A stretch of 64,000 nucleotides of DNA, from positions 2,816 through 66,815 of IMG/VR virus record IMGVR_UViG_3300045285_000136. One strand, 5' to 3'. Positions 47,801 to 56,271 of the stretch are shown here, piece after piece (position 1 is the stretch's first letter; every line of letters starts with the position of its first letter). The notes beneath the pieces were generated by a model. That model was not told where the DNA came from. It did no database searches and was given only the letters and a program-made list of their open reading frames with translations. Both the position numbers and the translations under genes were made by a program. Source of the stretch: a virus (taxonomy: Duplodnaviria > Caudoviricetes).

Positions 47801-49010
47801 CCGACGAACGGGTATCGTCGATGCCCTTGTGCATGATGCCGCCGATGGCACCGAACACCAGCCCCGGCAATGCGCCCGACGCGAAGGCCTTGGCGATCTT
47901 CGCGGGGTCGAAATCCTGCTGGGTGCCCGCACCTGTCGCGGCGGTCTGCGCCAGCCCTTCATCGGCGGCACTTTGGGTGCCCATCAGGCCGGCACCCTCG
48001 GCGGCACCGATGCCGGCACGCGCGAGTATCCCTCGCCCGGCGGTGCCTGCGGCACCGTGGGTGATCATACCCGACACGCCTGAGCCGGCTACGCCGCCGA
48101 TCATCCCCGCTACCGGGACGATGATGCGCGCGGCGTTCTTGATCATCTCCTCGCGCGCCTGAACGTCGGTCATGTTCTGGCCGATGAGATCCTGATAGAC
48201 AGGATTGTTCTTCATCTGCTCAGGCGTCGCGTCGCGGATGTTCTCGGCGATCGTGTTGTAGAGCGCGCCGGCGCCCTGCGCGGTGAAGAACCCGGCAGTC
48301 GCCGCGCTACCGCCCACTTTGCCTGCTGCGACAGCAGCTTCCTTGGCGAGCCCGAGTAGCTTGCCGGCGAACTGCACGCCCTTGGCGCCGCCGACCCCGG
48401 GGATGAAGTACGATAATAGGTTGGGCACCTGCGAGGCGATGTTGATCCCGATGTACTGCGCCCAGCCGCTCACGTCGTCGGGCATGGGTGCATTGGGATC
48501 ATTGCCGAACAGGCTGGCATGGGTGGCGCGCTGCGCGGCGGGAGACATGCTCTTGACCGACGCAGCGATGTCGTCCTCGAGCGTTTTCTGCCAGCTCTTC
48601 GTCCATGTTTGCGCGGCGGGATCGGAGGATACCTGCTGCTGGGCGTAGTTCACCGCGCCCAGCAGATCCGAGCCCATCTGGCGGGCACCGTTCCATGCGG
48701 TCTTGGCGTAGTCAGACCAGTAGGTCTTGCCCTCGTCAGAGTTAATGTCCGTGGGCCGGAAAGTGAACGCCTCGCGTGTGGGATCCACCGTGAACTTGTC
48801 GGTGGCCGAGGGTATGTACTGGTGCGGCACCGGTGCGTAGCGTGACGTCCGGGCGGTCGTGGTAGGCGCGGACGTTGGCGTAGAGATGGGTGTGTAGTAA
48901 CTCGGGGTGATACCCCGACCTGTGTCCTGCTGATCCTGCAGGTCCATCAGGTCATGGGTGTCACTCGCGCTGGCGTATTCATCGGCCTCGGCAGGTGGAA
49001 GAAGCGCCAT
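41865..49010 (-). CDS. Large polyvalent DNA-ejection/internal virion protein (2381 aa)
   Basis: HEIAH metallopeptidase-like motif; PLxRFG-like YFPQRRYG; last large gene of structural operon. Confidence 0.8.
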   Translation of the reverse strand: MALLPPAEADEYASASDTHDLMDLQDQQDTGRGITPSYYTPISTPTSAPTTTARTSRYAPVPHQYIPSATDKFTVDPTREAFTFRPTDINSDEGKTYWSDYAKTAWNGARQMGSDLLGAVNYAQQQVSSDPAAQTWTKSWQKTLEDDIAASVKSMSPAAQRATHASLFGNDPNAPMPDDVSGWAQYIGINIASQVPNLLSYFIPGVGGAKGVQFAGKLLGLAKEAAVAAGKVGGSAATAGFFTAQGAGALYNTIAENIRDATPEQMKNNPVYQDLIGQNMTDVQAREEMIKNAARIIVPVAGMIGGVAGSGVSGMITHGAAGTAGRGILARAGIGAAEGAGLMGTQSAADEGLAQTAATGAGTQQDFDPAKIAKAFASGALPGLVFGAIGGIMHKGIDDTRSSGQLPSDQRAATEAALGTQGELDLSQAPSGIPTTGTQGELFQTTQDANAAKPQMTGEPVPPPQPMNTPTMGMPGARQGELPINQAPPTTVPTTGQGEMFPSLAEANPPRRPGEPPVAAQQAVAASKGTAAAPAAMSAEAQSAATAGLTPPTGPVDTAKVAAAAKPAAIKPTEGIPRKDMVDDLVSMTGRKADSFKGMSTKQIAEMHARESAKVEAAPEAQAGPKLAGAEAPAESPPTVTPGVESKPAVGEKPLPDQPGASITPQAEVTPADVRASTGETAAGVTPTSKDADVRRRELAAQGHSPIEVNNIMAKEMRARSGLESGAAPEGRGFTTAKGSTYTLHDDGTTTRDKAYRPEHGIDEQGVQPRSEKTIYVSAEDAQKLGSDFQSQGGSSRVIAQHSSGAWGVRYTAGKDAGKFERRTMVKPLDGPAVGATPVELWNKGKRAHFGNEITEMRGEVTPEVKPKVEAKPAPTKLAALMEKREQKREELPPGTLTAPKAAEAIAKSKLPEAKPVDTEALAKAKATRDEALKAAEAAKKEAAAEKAASLKAAVAAEPQREAPVRTQDYGATQEQRPNTTDYKLIQKELVDRIARGEISGADAHDEYAGKRRKGGRQRRPGLETISEGIVRELSSAKNPVLEQELLRQQQEHEANTKLVGKQKELRTEQLAERLKKFDPTRIERLEAALKEIHDPVGHAVESAEGEPDVLRQQGVTPEGLPNPFSSRYVRMANDPRLHEDLRRDIRASEEHGVAYTPKAALETILRSSALKTEQRPLWELAKKLYDRVNDNIPIISFGEAQRRGYRSIHYNLESGERGTHGYYDHTGARSDGVRHIGINMDTPVTGQTLLHEIAHSVTTERLNHLLRTDPNHREIHALRTIATELANHARLNRETVDPGVWSRLVHATGDVRETHTWLMTNPEVQAFAASHQASPKFRQIMAELGYTPRKQGNSIWRYFVDWTRHALGFDKPKSASEYTLLDHIMQPVTDILDASIKHNEGIRSSDPVVRAHAEPLLHASTDRLRDTGRSVLERIRPSNLPDRLFNAVTGATNVDAITSLHKDNLPGLVDYQRVRDKIAKASTDAANKYGDRVRGLLKTWGGLSDQKELGSLMNRASLGEMHLGDSLPADANKHLTTPEQLAELKQGQADYAKLSPAAKGFYGDARDLYKETYKESREAELEGSLRAVIPDVTDAQAEAFAQAARNKETLAKFMADPDNSEIAKAFGDKWSENRDLAKMIARAHSYGYTQGDYFPQRRYGKYVVKYGTGDNQGVEFFDRKSKAEDRRAELVKQYGDKDVFQVTRHNQKFTQDILATHPAVGELESALTRKGLSAKQAELARDTLAGILVNHMADGQAARMRLKRQGIPGASIDHARVLSHEFINHTNRIGYLRHGAERQATFDNLWAQQRDLERPGAKPDLGNKMAMVIQSLEKRVQRPEDMNNSAQRNLAHVNAFNYVLSLMSPSHMVTATMEAHTNSIALLAGRHGVIRSSAAVARNLAKAAPILGKSPNAMLSAMRHDLSASNWNVLDMLAKRFRDMPGANKALVDAVHKMLADTGLVDHTMTSDLRRQMNPEGVFGGKVAGMWERVSDTNQIMAHYVDAINRFVSAYSAAELEHAKTKGDIGKSVEYAEKTARRVAPNYMAGNRELLTSAKGPLGMLGAPLMQFKRYGLHMYAMMGTLIKESMRAGTKDERWEARKSLAYLMASHAMMAGVLGLPTTDAIRYLGGAWDLLHGRDPHNYENSMRAAIAHVVGPQMGELISRGLPHALGFDVHRRVSLNNLMEMPELSNFGKKGITEALMHLVTGATGENLANIMEGAGKLAQGDFGGLKNALPRVIRDPYKAIQLASKGVTDSKGQTILPPSKLSYGDYALQAAGFQPARVSEFREGRNAVLEARQEQSAERSQLETRWMEGSPSERASAWQAIVAYNATHPTARITRDQLLQQEKAGKKSGATMGLRLPKKGAAALMQAGSFANAN

Positions 49011-49020
49011 CGCCTACATC

Positions 49021-52000
49021 CTACGTGTACGACGACATCTGCGCTTGCTGCGCGCGCGTAGATTGTATGCCTGCGAGGTTGGTAGTGAACTGCCCGGCGG
49101 CGCGTGGATCGCTCAGGCCCGCGCCCACTGTGGTCTTGGCCGGCTGCGTGTCCCCCCTGGGTAAGGGCACCGCGCCCGTCAGGTATTGTATGCGCGTGCC
49201 GCGTTGTTCGGAGACGATCGCGCGCGGTTGGGCTTTGTTGGCGTCGACGTCCGCCTGCGTGACGTTCTTGTTGTAGATACCCACATGTTTCGAGCCGTCC
49301 GGGGCGGTCAGCGGGAACATATTGGTCCGGCCACGGCTCACGTCGTCGGCCAGCACGTCGGCAGCACCGCCGGCCATGCCATAACCGCCGTGAGGCTGTG
49401 GAATGCGCAACTCCCGGCTGATCTGTGATGCCTGACCCAGGCGTGCATACTCGGCCTCGGATTTTGCGAGCGCCTCGTTGTCGCCGCTCGCACGCGCAGC
49501 TTCGATGTTGGTGCGGGCTTCGTTCATGCGCGGCTGGAAATCCGAGTTGGTAGCAGTGCTGGCCTTATCTTCCTCAGCGGCGTTCTTCTCGTCCTTGACG
49601 CGGGCAAGCTCTGCCTTATACGCAGCGGCGTCCGCCTGACGCTGTGATACGGCGGCGTCATGTTCGCGCTGCTGCGCAGCCTTCGCGTCGAGCGTCGCCT
49701 GCTTCATATCAGGCATCTCGTTGTAATAATGCGCGTGCGCGTTAGCCAATGCGATCTCCGAGTTGGTCTTCTCGTACTTCTGCACCGTGTCCAGGAACGT
49801 GCGTGGATTTTGCAGGGACATCATCTGCGTCGCGATGTGGTCCTTGTTGATCATGAAGGGCTTACCCATCGCAAGGCCGGTTTTCTCGTCGTATTGCTGC
49901 GCCAGGAGGGTTCCGTTGGCACTCACCCCGAAGCGCCCATAGGAACCGTCCGGGAAAAACGCATGCGCGCGAGCCAGTGCGCCCGCTGCGCCCTGGGTAT
50001 TACCCTGCTGGAGCATCGTGTACGCCGACGCGAGGTTGCTCAGCGCACCCTGGTGGCTGACCTGAGCGATCCAGTCGGTGACGTGCGGCACCGCGTCGTA
50101 GTTCCCGTGCGCGATTGCCGCCGCCACCATGGCACCCTCGAGTTGCTTCCACCGGTCGGTCATTCCCATACCCGTGGGACCGGTAGTCGCTACGATATTC
50201 ATGATCTCGTCGGGGGTCTGGGCCTGTGCCACGTCACGGTAGTTATCCCGGTAGCTCTGGCCTCCACCGGTGCCGGGCGCCAGATCCTTATTGAGTTTCA
50301 TACCCGGATAGAACCGTTCGATATTTTTAGCGACCTCTGCCGGCTGGTTGCGCAGCGTGCCGTCGAAATCAGCCTGCAATTCACGGGTATGAATCGGTCC
50401 ACGCCAGTAGGCATAGTTTGTCATAAAACTGTTGGCACCGAAATTCTCGTCGACCGCGAGGTGCTTGAGGTAGCGCGCGGCAAGCTTGAGCGAGTCACCT
50501 GCATCATGCACGTTGTATTGGCCGTGCGGGTCCATCATCCGGTACGTGTCGGGCATGAACTGCATCGGCCCCATCGCGCCGGCGTAGCTGTTTTCCGATG
50601 ATGTCCTGAACCTGCTTTCGTTGTACCAGTGCGCGGCGAGCTGTTCGGCGGATACCGAGTTCCCGCCTTCGGCCTTGACCGCGTCGAGTACCATTTGCGC
50701 CTTCGCCGGGTCGTTCTTCTGCAACCATGCCCACGGACTGGGATTTACCGGGGGTGCGTAAGCCGTGTTGGTGGGCTGGGATTGCTGTGAATCGCCCTGC
50801 TGGCCGGGCGCCACGTCGCCGCCTTTGCCACCACCGACGGAGCCGGAACCCTGCACGGGGACGGGGGCGCTGGCCTGCTGAGAAGGGGGCGTGTCGGCGT
50901 GCACCTGATCAGGTGCGGCGGGGGTGGCGGGTTTGGCCTGACCGGTAACCGCGTCGATGCCCTTGGGTGGGTTGACGATCGACGCGTACCCCGAAGACGT
51001 CGGGTGTATCTGGTCTTTTTCGAGTTGCTTGGTATCCACCGGGCGGAACGTCGCGCCCGTCTGGTTGGCGATGTTCTGCAGGCTGGTGTTAACCCGGTTA
51101 TCGGTAAGATCCTTGCGGTCGCCCACACCTACCAGCGTAACCGACGCAGCACCCTTGGCCTGTAGCGCCTCGATCTGCTGGCGCACGTAGCCCACGCTAC
51201 CGTAGTCGTTGCTCGCGCCGGATGACAGGATCACGTCCTTACCGGCGATCTTATCAGCGGATGTGTTCTGGATATTATCCAGGATCGCGCGCGGACCCAG
51301 GCCCTTCTCGGCGTAGGTGGGCATACGTCCGGCGGCGCCGATACCCACACCCAAACTATCCCCGATCGCGATCATGTTGCCCGGCTGCGCGGCCGGGGGT
51401 GGTGGTGCAGCTGCGGGTGCGCCTGCGCTTGCGCCAGTTTTGGGCGGCGCGTTCGGCGCCGGCGCAAGGGGTTTCACGTCGCCCGTGCGCGCATCCAGCG
51501 TGGGCGTGGCGATCTGAGTGAACATACTCGGATCTTGGTTGGCCCCCGGCGGCGGCTCGTCGGCGTGTGCAGTACCAACACCGAGTGCGCCAAGCACCCG
51601 GCCCATCGTGGTGGGTGGCGCAGGCGGCTGCCCCGCCAAAGGTGTGCCGACCGGCACCCATTCCTGACGTGCTGGATCATACTGGTTACCGCGCCCATCG
51701 AGGATTGGCTCGGCACCGGACGCCCCCGCAGGCGCACGTACACCGCCGGGCGCGCCGTACTGCGGTATTGGTGCACGCGTCCCTGACGGTCCAGGACTTT
51801 CACCCTCACTGGTACCAACGCCCTGCGGTACTGGCGGTGCCGGCTGGGGTGGCGAAGGCGGACCCGCCTGTTGCGGAGCCACCTGACCGGGATAGGTGAC
51901 CGTGGATCCTACAGGTCTGTTGGTGATCTGCGACGGACGTTGCAGTACCGAAGGCGCGGGTGGGCCCGCCTGCTGGGGCACGGGCGGTGGCGGTGGCGCA

Positions 52001-52668
52001 GGTGGACCGTATTGTTGGTCGTAGGTCTGCAGCCCCGAGGGAGGCGTCATGACAGGCGCCACCGGTCGAGCCTCCGGCGGCGGTGGCGGTGACGCTGGCG
52101 GATACACAATCGGTATAGCTTGCGGCGAGCGCATCGGCCGGCCGTATTCGTCAACACCGCCACCCGCTGATGTCATCGGCGTCGGTGTGGTTCCCGGCAC
52201 CGCCGCAGCGCCAAACGCCGGCTCCGAAGCGCGTGTGATACCGGGAGATACCCCTCTGGGGATACGATCGATATCGGCGGCGAGCGGTGCTTCCGGCTCC
52301 TTCTTACCCCCGACGCCGCCCTCGCCCTCCTTCGTGGGTTCATCCTTCTTGGCCGGGTTACCCCACACCTCGTCGGGGTGCGCGGTTACCGGACCCGAGG
52401 TGGTCGTGGTCGTGGGCGCGGGTTGGTAGGGTTTCATCGCCGGATCGTCGGCGCCACCAGGGGTGTAACCCAGCTGCTTGCGCAGACGATCGGCGGTCTG
52501 GTCGAGGCTCTGATCAGCTGCCTGATCGGCCAGGGTTTTCTTTGCCAGATCGGCCGCATCCAGATCGTATTGGTTCTTCTGAATGCCCTGGTAGGCGTTA
52601 TAAATCGACATGGCGCTGGATGCGCCATTGAATAACCCACCTGCAAACGAGCCCAAATAGAACGGCAT
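49021..52668 (-). CDS. Internal virion protein with SGNH hydrolase and lytic transglycosylase domains
   Basis: GDSL/G/GASND/DQIH blocks; NES..AMGPMQFMP SLT motif; Pro-rich N-half. Confidence 0.85.
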   Translation of the reverse strand: MPFYLGSFAGGLFNGASSAMSIYNAYQGIQKNQYDLDAADLAKKTLADQAADQSLDQTADRLRKQLGYTPGGADDPAMKPYQPAPTTTTTSGPVTAHPDEVWGNPAKKDEPTKEGEGGVGGKKEPEAPLAADIDRIPRGVSPGITRASEPAFGAAAVPGTTPTPMTSAGGGVDEYGRPMRSPQAIPIVYPPASPPPPPEARPVAPVMTPPSGLQTYDQQYGPPAPPPPPVPQQAGPPAPSVLQRPSQITNRPVGSTVTYPGQVAPQQAGPPSPPQPAPPVPQGVGTSEGESPGPSGTRAPIPQYGAPGGVRAPAGASGAEPILDGRGNQYDPARQEWVPVGTPLAGQPPAPPTTMGRVLGALGVGTAHADEPPPGANQDPSMFTQIATPTLDARTGDVKPLAPAPNAPPKTGASAGAPAAAPPPPAAQPGNMIAIGDSLGVGIGAAGRMPTYAEKGLGPRAILDNIQNTSADKIAGKDVILSSGASNDYGSVGYVRQQIEALQAKGAASVTLVGVGDRKDLTDNRVNTSLQNIANQTGATFRPVDTKQLEKDQIHPTSSGYASIVNPPKGIDAVTGQAKPATPAAPDQVHADTPPSQQASAPVPVQGSGSVGGGKGGDVAPGQQGDSQQSQPTNTAYAPPVNPSPWAWLQKNDPAKAQMVLDAVKAEGGNSVSAEQLAAHWYNESRFRTSSENSYAGAMGPMQFMPDTYRMMDPHGQYNVHDAGDSLKLAARYLKHLAVDENFGANSFMTNYAYWRGPIHTRELQADFDGTLRNQPAEVAKNIERFYPGMKLNKDLAPGTGGGQSYRDNYRDVAQAQTPDEIMNIVATTGPTGMGMTDRWKQLEGAMVAAAIAHGNYDAVPHVTDWIAQVSHQGALSNLASAYTMLQQGNTQGAAGALARAHAFFPDGSYGRFGVSANGTLLAQQYDEKTGLAMGKPFMINKDHIATQMMSLQNPRTFLDTVQKYEKTNSEIALANAHAHYYNEMPDMKQATLDAKAAQQREHDAAVSQRQADAAAYKAELARVKDEKNAAEEDKASTATNSDFQPRMNEARTNIEAARASGDNEALAKSEAEYARLGQASQISRELRIPQPHGGYGMAGGAADVLADDVSRGRTNMFPLTAPDGSKHVGIYNKNVTQADVDANKAQPRAIVSEQRGTRIQYLTGAVPLPRGDTQPAKTTVGAGLSDPRAAGQFTTNLAGIQSTRAQQAQMSSYT

Positions 52669-52671
52669 TGA

Positions 52672-53403
52672 TTAACCCTCTACTTCCCGTTTCAGGTTCG
52701 CCAGCGACCCGGCGATCTCGTTGACCACCAACTGCAAGCGCGCATCGTATTCGAGCCAGAGCAACGGATGGTGTTTTTTCAGGTACTTCGCCCGGTTCTC
52801 CCCCCACCACGCCGAACAGCGCGCACACTCGGGAGAATTTACTACGTAGTCATAGACCCGGGGTATCTCGACCTTCTCCACTGCGAGGTAAGCGAACACC
52901 TGCTCATGGGTCCAGTCCTGCAGAGGCAACCAGAGTTCCATCTTATCGTGAAGCATGTCACCCGACTTGGCCGGCAGCACGGGCATATCCACCGCCTTGG
53001 TGCCACGTATCAAGAGCGTGTTCCCGTCCTCGATCGTGCGTGCCATCGCAGGGTGCATCAGGTTCGACCAGCAACAATCATATCTGGGCACCAAGCGTGT
53101 GCGCGCCTGCCCCATGAGATGGCCGATCGGGTGCGCCGAAAAGGGCATCAGGTCGGTGGGTAACCCGTGGGTATTGATCCACCCCTCGACGTTGGTCTCG
53201 ATGCGCGTGAAGTTGGGCACCATCTCGGCGATGCGATGCGCACTCGCCCGCATCTCCGGGAGCAGATCTCCCGTGTCGACGTGGTACACCATGATCTTAT
53301 GCAGGTAGTCTCGTAACAGGTAAACGCAGGCAAGCGAATCCTTGCCCCCGCTCGCCATCAGGGCAATCTTCTCGTGACGATCCAGGATCGAATAATCTAC
53401 CAT
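52672..53403 (-). CDS. PAPS/APS-reductase-like PP-loop protein with Fe-S motif
   Basis: SGGKDS, VDTG, CC-X81-CxxC, PLxDW; no C-terminal ECGLH. Confidence 0.8.
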   Translation of the reverse strand: MVDYSILDRHEKIALMASGGKDSLACVYLLRDYLHKIMVYHVDTGDLLPEMRASAHRIAEMVPNFTRIETNVEGWINTHGLPTDLMPFSAHPIGHLMGQARTRLVPRYDCCWSNLMHPAMARTIEDGNTLLIRGTKAVDMPVLPAKSGDMLHDKMELWLPLQDWTHEQVFAYLAVEKVEIPRVYDYVVNSPECARCSAWWGENRAKYLKKHHPLLWLEYDARLQLVVNEIAGSLANLKREVEG

Positions 53404-53504
53404 TTACACGCGCCGGTCGGGTGGTGCTCTCCTTTGGTACAGGTCGCCAAACCGAAGAACACCCCCTCCCCGCTACCTCACTCGTTCGAGGTCTTGGTGC
53501 GAAC

Positions 53505-54062
53505 CTAAGTCTTCGGCGCCAGCGTTGGCGGCAGTGGCGTGCCTGCTGTCGGCGGTGGCGTAGCCGGCAATGTGTTGTCCGGGATCAGCGACGGGTCGAC
53601 GGTCACGTAGCGCCAACCGACACCCGGTATTCCGGCGACCACATAGTACACCGTCGGCGTGGGTGGCAGCGGTGTGCCCGCTGTCGGCGGCGGGGTCGGC
53701 AGCGTGTTGTCGGGCCGTGCTGGCGTACCAGGAGCTGGCCCGCCACCGACATGCGGTGGACGTTGACCCGGAAGTCCCTGGTCAGGACGCGCACCACTAC
53801 CCCAGCCACCGCCCCAGGACGGCGGGTGGCCCACCGGCGGCCAGATTGCCCCAGGTGGCGTACCCGGCGGTGCCGGGACGATCGGATGGGACGCAGTAGG
53901 CGGCGGCCATACACCGGGCGGCGGCTTCGGCAGCTCGTGGTCGATGCCCGGCTGTTCGCCAGGACCGCCGATGTCGGGATAAGCAGGCGCACCCGGCAAC
54001 TCGTTGTCGGGGTAACCACCACCCCCACTACGCACGTGAAGAAATCCCTTTACGAAAGGCAT
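53505..54062 (-). CDS. Pro/Gly-rich repeat protein (185 aa)
   Basis: GGAGG RBS; PDxxLP repeats; duplicated PDNTLP..TPPPTAGTPLPPT. Confidence 0.75.
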   Translation of the reverse strand: MPFVKGFLHVRSGGGGYPDNELPGAPAYPDIGGPGEQPGIDHELPKPPPGVWPPPTASHPIVPAPPGTPPGAIWPPVGHPPSWGGGWGSGARPDQGLPGQRPPHVGGGPAPGTPARPDNTLPTPPPTAGTPLPPTPTVYYVVAGIPGVGWRYVTVDPSLIPDNTLPATPPPTAGTPLPPTLAPKT

Positions 54063-54097
54063 GCAAAACCTCCATTTATAGGCGTGTAATCTATAGC

Positions 54098-54760
54098 CTA
54101 GGCACGAATAGCTTTCCATAGCACAGGACGAAGTTCACTGAATATTCGCGAATACTCTTCGTCGTTATTATACAGCCGACGGAAGATCGTGTCGTCGCCC
54201 TCGGGGTTCGCGCGCGCGGTTATGTCCCAGCCGGAAATATCGGCGACGTTGCGCAGCACGTCGAACCTGATCGCGTGCGCATATAACCGCTGTGATAGCA
54301 GGAAGTTATCACCCTCAAGGCGTTCATAGTCATACACGAACAGCTCGCCGCCCGGCTTGGTCAGGCGCGCGGCCTCACGTAACGCACCACCCGGGTTGTT
54401 CGCCTGACACAGGGAGTACAGGAACATGCACCCGTCGAACGGTGCGCCGTCCAAGGGCACGTTCTCCATGTCGGCGTAGATCTTCACGTAGCCCGACGGG
54501 CAATGATCCAGCTGGAACCCGCTGTTGTTCAACAGGGTGAACCGCAGGTCCGGGCGCATCGCGCGCATCAGCATGGCCGCCTCGCCGAACCCGCACCCCA
54601 TGTCCAGCCAGTGCGTGTCAGGCGCGGGGTCCATGAATTCGAGCAGTTTCTCGACGTGTCCCCAGTCGGTGTCGGCCAGCCGGTGCCCCTGTAACAAGCG
54701 CAAGCCGTGCGCAAGGGCGAGCTGCGACGAGGAGATCATGATCGGGAGCGGGATCGTCAT
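54098..54760 (-). CDS. Class I SAM-dependent methyltransferase
   Basis: WLDMGCGFG motif I; ALREAARLTKPGG; ATGA overlap with upstream gene. Confidence 0.88.
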   Translation of the reverse strand: MTIPLPIMISSSQLALAHGLRLLQGHRLADTDWGHVEKLLEFMDPAPDTHWLDMGCGFGEAAMLMRAMRPDLRFTLLNNSGFQLDHCPSGYVKIYADMENVPLDGAPFDGCMFLYSLCQANNPGGALREAARLTKPGGELFVYDYERLEGDNFLLSQRLYAHAIRFDVLRNVADISGWDITARANPEGDDTIFRRLYNNDEEYSRIFSELRPVLWKAIRA

Positions 54761-55581
54761 ATGATTGCTGCCGCGCCGATACCCGCGCCCAGCAGCGAGC
54801 CGATACCCGATGACTGGTTCTGTGCGATCGCCGCGTTCGCGTTGAACCCGGCCATCTGGTTCTGGAAGCCCTGGTTCATCAGGTTGCCCGCGCCGGCGAG
54901 GTTGCTCGACTGGATCCCCGCCCACTGCGTCGGCGAGCCCATCATGTTGCCGTAAGTGCTGGAGGTGTTCAGCCCCGACGCGATGCCCGCGTTGCCTGCC
55001 TGTGTCGCGGTGCCGTAGGCCTGGGCCACCTGTCCCGGATACCCGCGCCCGATATTGATCGCCTCGCCCTCGAGGGCTAGTCCGGTGGCTTCACTCTGGT
55101 TGCGCGACTGAGTGCCCGCATTGGCCTGTGCGGCGGCCTGGGAGATGCGCGTGCCCAGGTCCAGCGCACCGTAGCGCGTTTGACTCGGATCAATGCCAAA
55201 GCCCTCGAGCGATTGGAGTGCCGCTTGGCGCTGCGTGCCCATCGCCGTCGCGACATCCGCCTGGGCGGCAGCCGAACGCTGCGAGGCGCGCGCCGGGTCG
55301 TTATAGCCCTGCGCCTCGGCGGCGAACTTGTTCTCGATCGGGTAATAAGTATCCTGTAACCGTTGCTGGGCCTGCTGCGCGTTCTGGATGTTCTGGTTGG
55401 AGCTGTCGATCATCGACTGCATGTACTGCTTCGTGATCGGCGCCTGATCGGCGTATTGCTGCTTCGCCCAGTTCAGCTGATCCGTCGAGGTTTGCCCGGC
55501 AATCTTCGCCGCCTCGGTGGAGGACGCGATCAGGGGACCATAGTCGGGTGCTGCCGGTGCGCTACCCTTGCCGCCACCCAT
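54757..55581 (-). CDS. Ejection/internal virion protein (small, Ala/Gln-rich)
   Basis: MGGGKGSAPAAPDY start and hydrophobic Gly/Ala tail typical of podovirus ejection proteins. Confidence 0.7.
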   Translation of the reverse strand: MGGGKGSAPAAPDYGPLIASSTEAAKIAGQTSTDQLNWAKQQYADQAPITKQYMQSMIDSSNQNIQNAQQAQQRLQDTYYPIENKFAAEAQGYNDPARASQRSAAAQADVATAMGTQRQAALQSLEGFGIDPSQTRYGALDLGTRISQAAAQANAGTQSRNQSEATGLALEGEAINIGRGYPGQVAQAYGTATQAGNAGIASGLNTSSTYGNMMGSPTQWAGIQSSNLAGAGNLMNQGFQNQMAGFNANAAIAQNQSSGIGSLLGAGIGAAAII

Positions 55582-55585
55582 TTTG

Positions 55586-56050
55586 CTAGTCCCCTTCGAT
55601 GCGCTGGAGGTTACTCCCGTAGTAACGCGGCTGAACCTTAAGCCACTTACAGTCGGCTTTCGTGAGAGTGAGGATCAGCATGTCACCACCGTCGGCGGTT
55701 ACCTCGGTGAGCTTGGCCTCGACACGGAACCCCATGCGCAGATCGATCGACAGCGCGCGTGAATTATCCGACGCGACCAGCCCTATGCACTTGCGCACGC
55801 CGAGCTGGTTAAACGCGTAATCGTACACCATCCACAGGAAATCCCGCGACGCCCAGTTGGTCTCCACGCCGGCCATGTGCATGATAATGGAAGCGTGCAG
55901 ATACCCGGTGAACACGACGCCGCCGAGTGGGGTCCCATCATGATCATGGCGGCTCACACAATGATCCGTCTTGTCGTTAAACACGCCCCCTACGCGGGCC
56001 ATCACCCAGTCGCCGGCGTCCGGTGCGTTGACGTGTATGCTGCGTGTCAT
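55586..56050 (-). CDS. GNAT-like acetyltransferase of tail operon
   Basis: YAFNQLG..KC.G.V...N.RA......GF..E. Confidence 0.8.
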   Translation of the reverse strand: MTRSIHVNAPDAGDWVMARVGGVFNDKTDHCVSRHDHDGTPLGGVVFTGYLHASIIMHMAGVETNWASRDFLWMVYDYAFNQLGVRKCIGLVASDNSRALSIDLRMGFRVEAKLTEVTADGGDMLILTLTKADCKWLKVQPRYYGSNLQRIEGD

Positions 56051-56271
56051 CAGGGTCCACGCAACAGGGATAATACCTGATCCTCGGAGACCAGCCCGAG
56101 GATCACCAGATCCCGCAAGGTCGCCGCACGGTCGAGCGAACCGCCGCGCAAACCCCCCAGCGACTCTACGCCCTGGCGCAGACGGTCCGTCACTGCCGTG
56201 AGCGCGGTGACGTCAGACACCGGCTGCGGGATCGGCGGCACGTTCGGGTTATGGAAAGTCCTGCCGGCCAT
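56050..56271 (-). CDS. Small hypothetical virion-region protein
   Basis: TGATG coupling on both sides. Confidence 0.6.
   Translation of the reverse strand: MAGRTFHNPNVPPIPQPVSDVTALTAVTDRLRQGVESLGGLRGGSLDRAATLRDLVILGLVSEDQVLSLLRGP

Noticed and set aside
52672-53403. CysH auxiliary metabolic gene for sulfate assimilation
   Set aside because: It lacks the C-terminal ECGLH catalytic cysteine motif and sits in the virion operon
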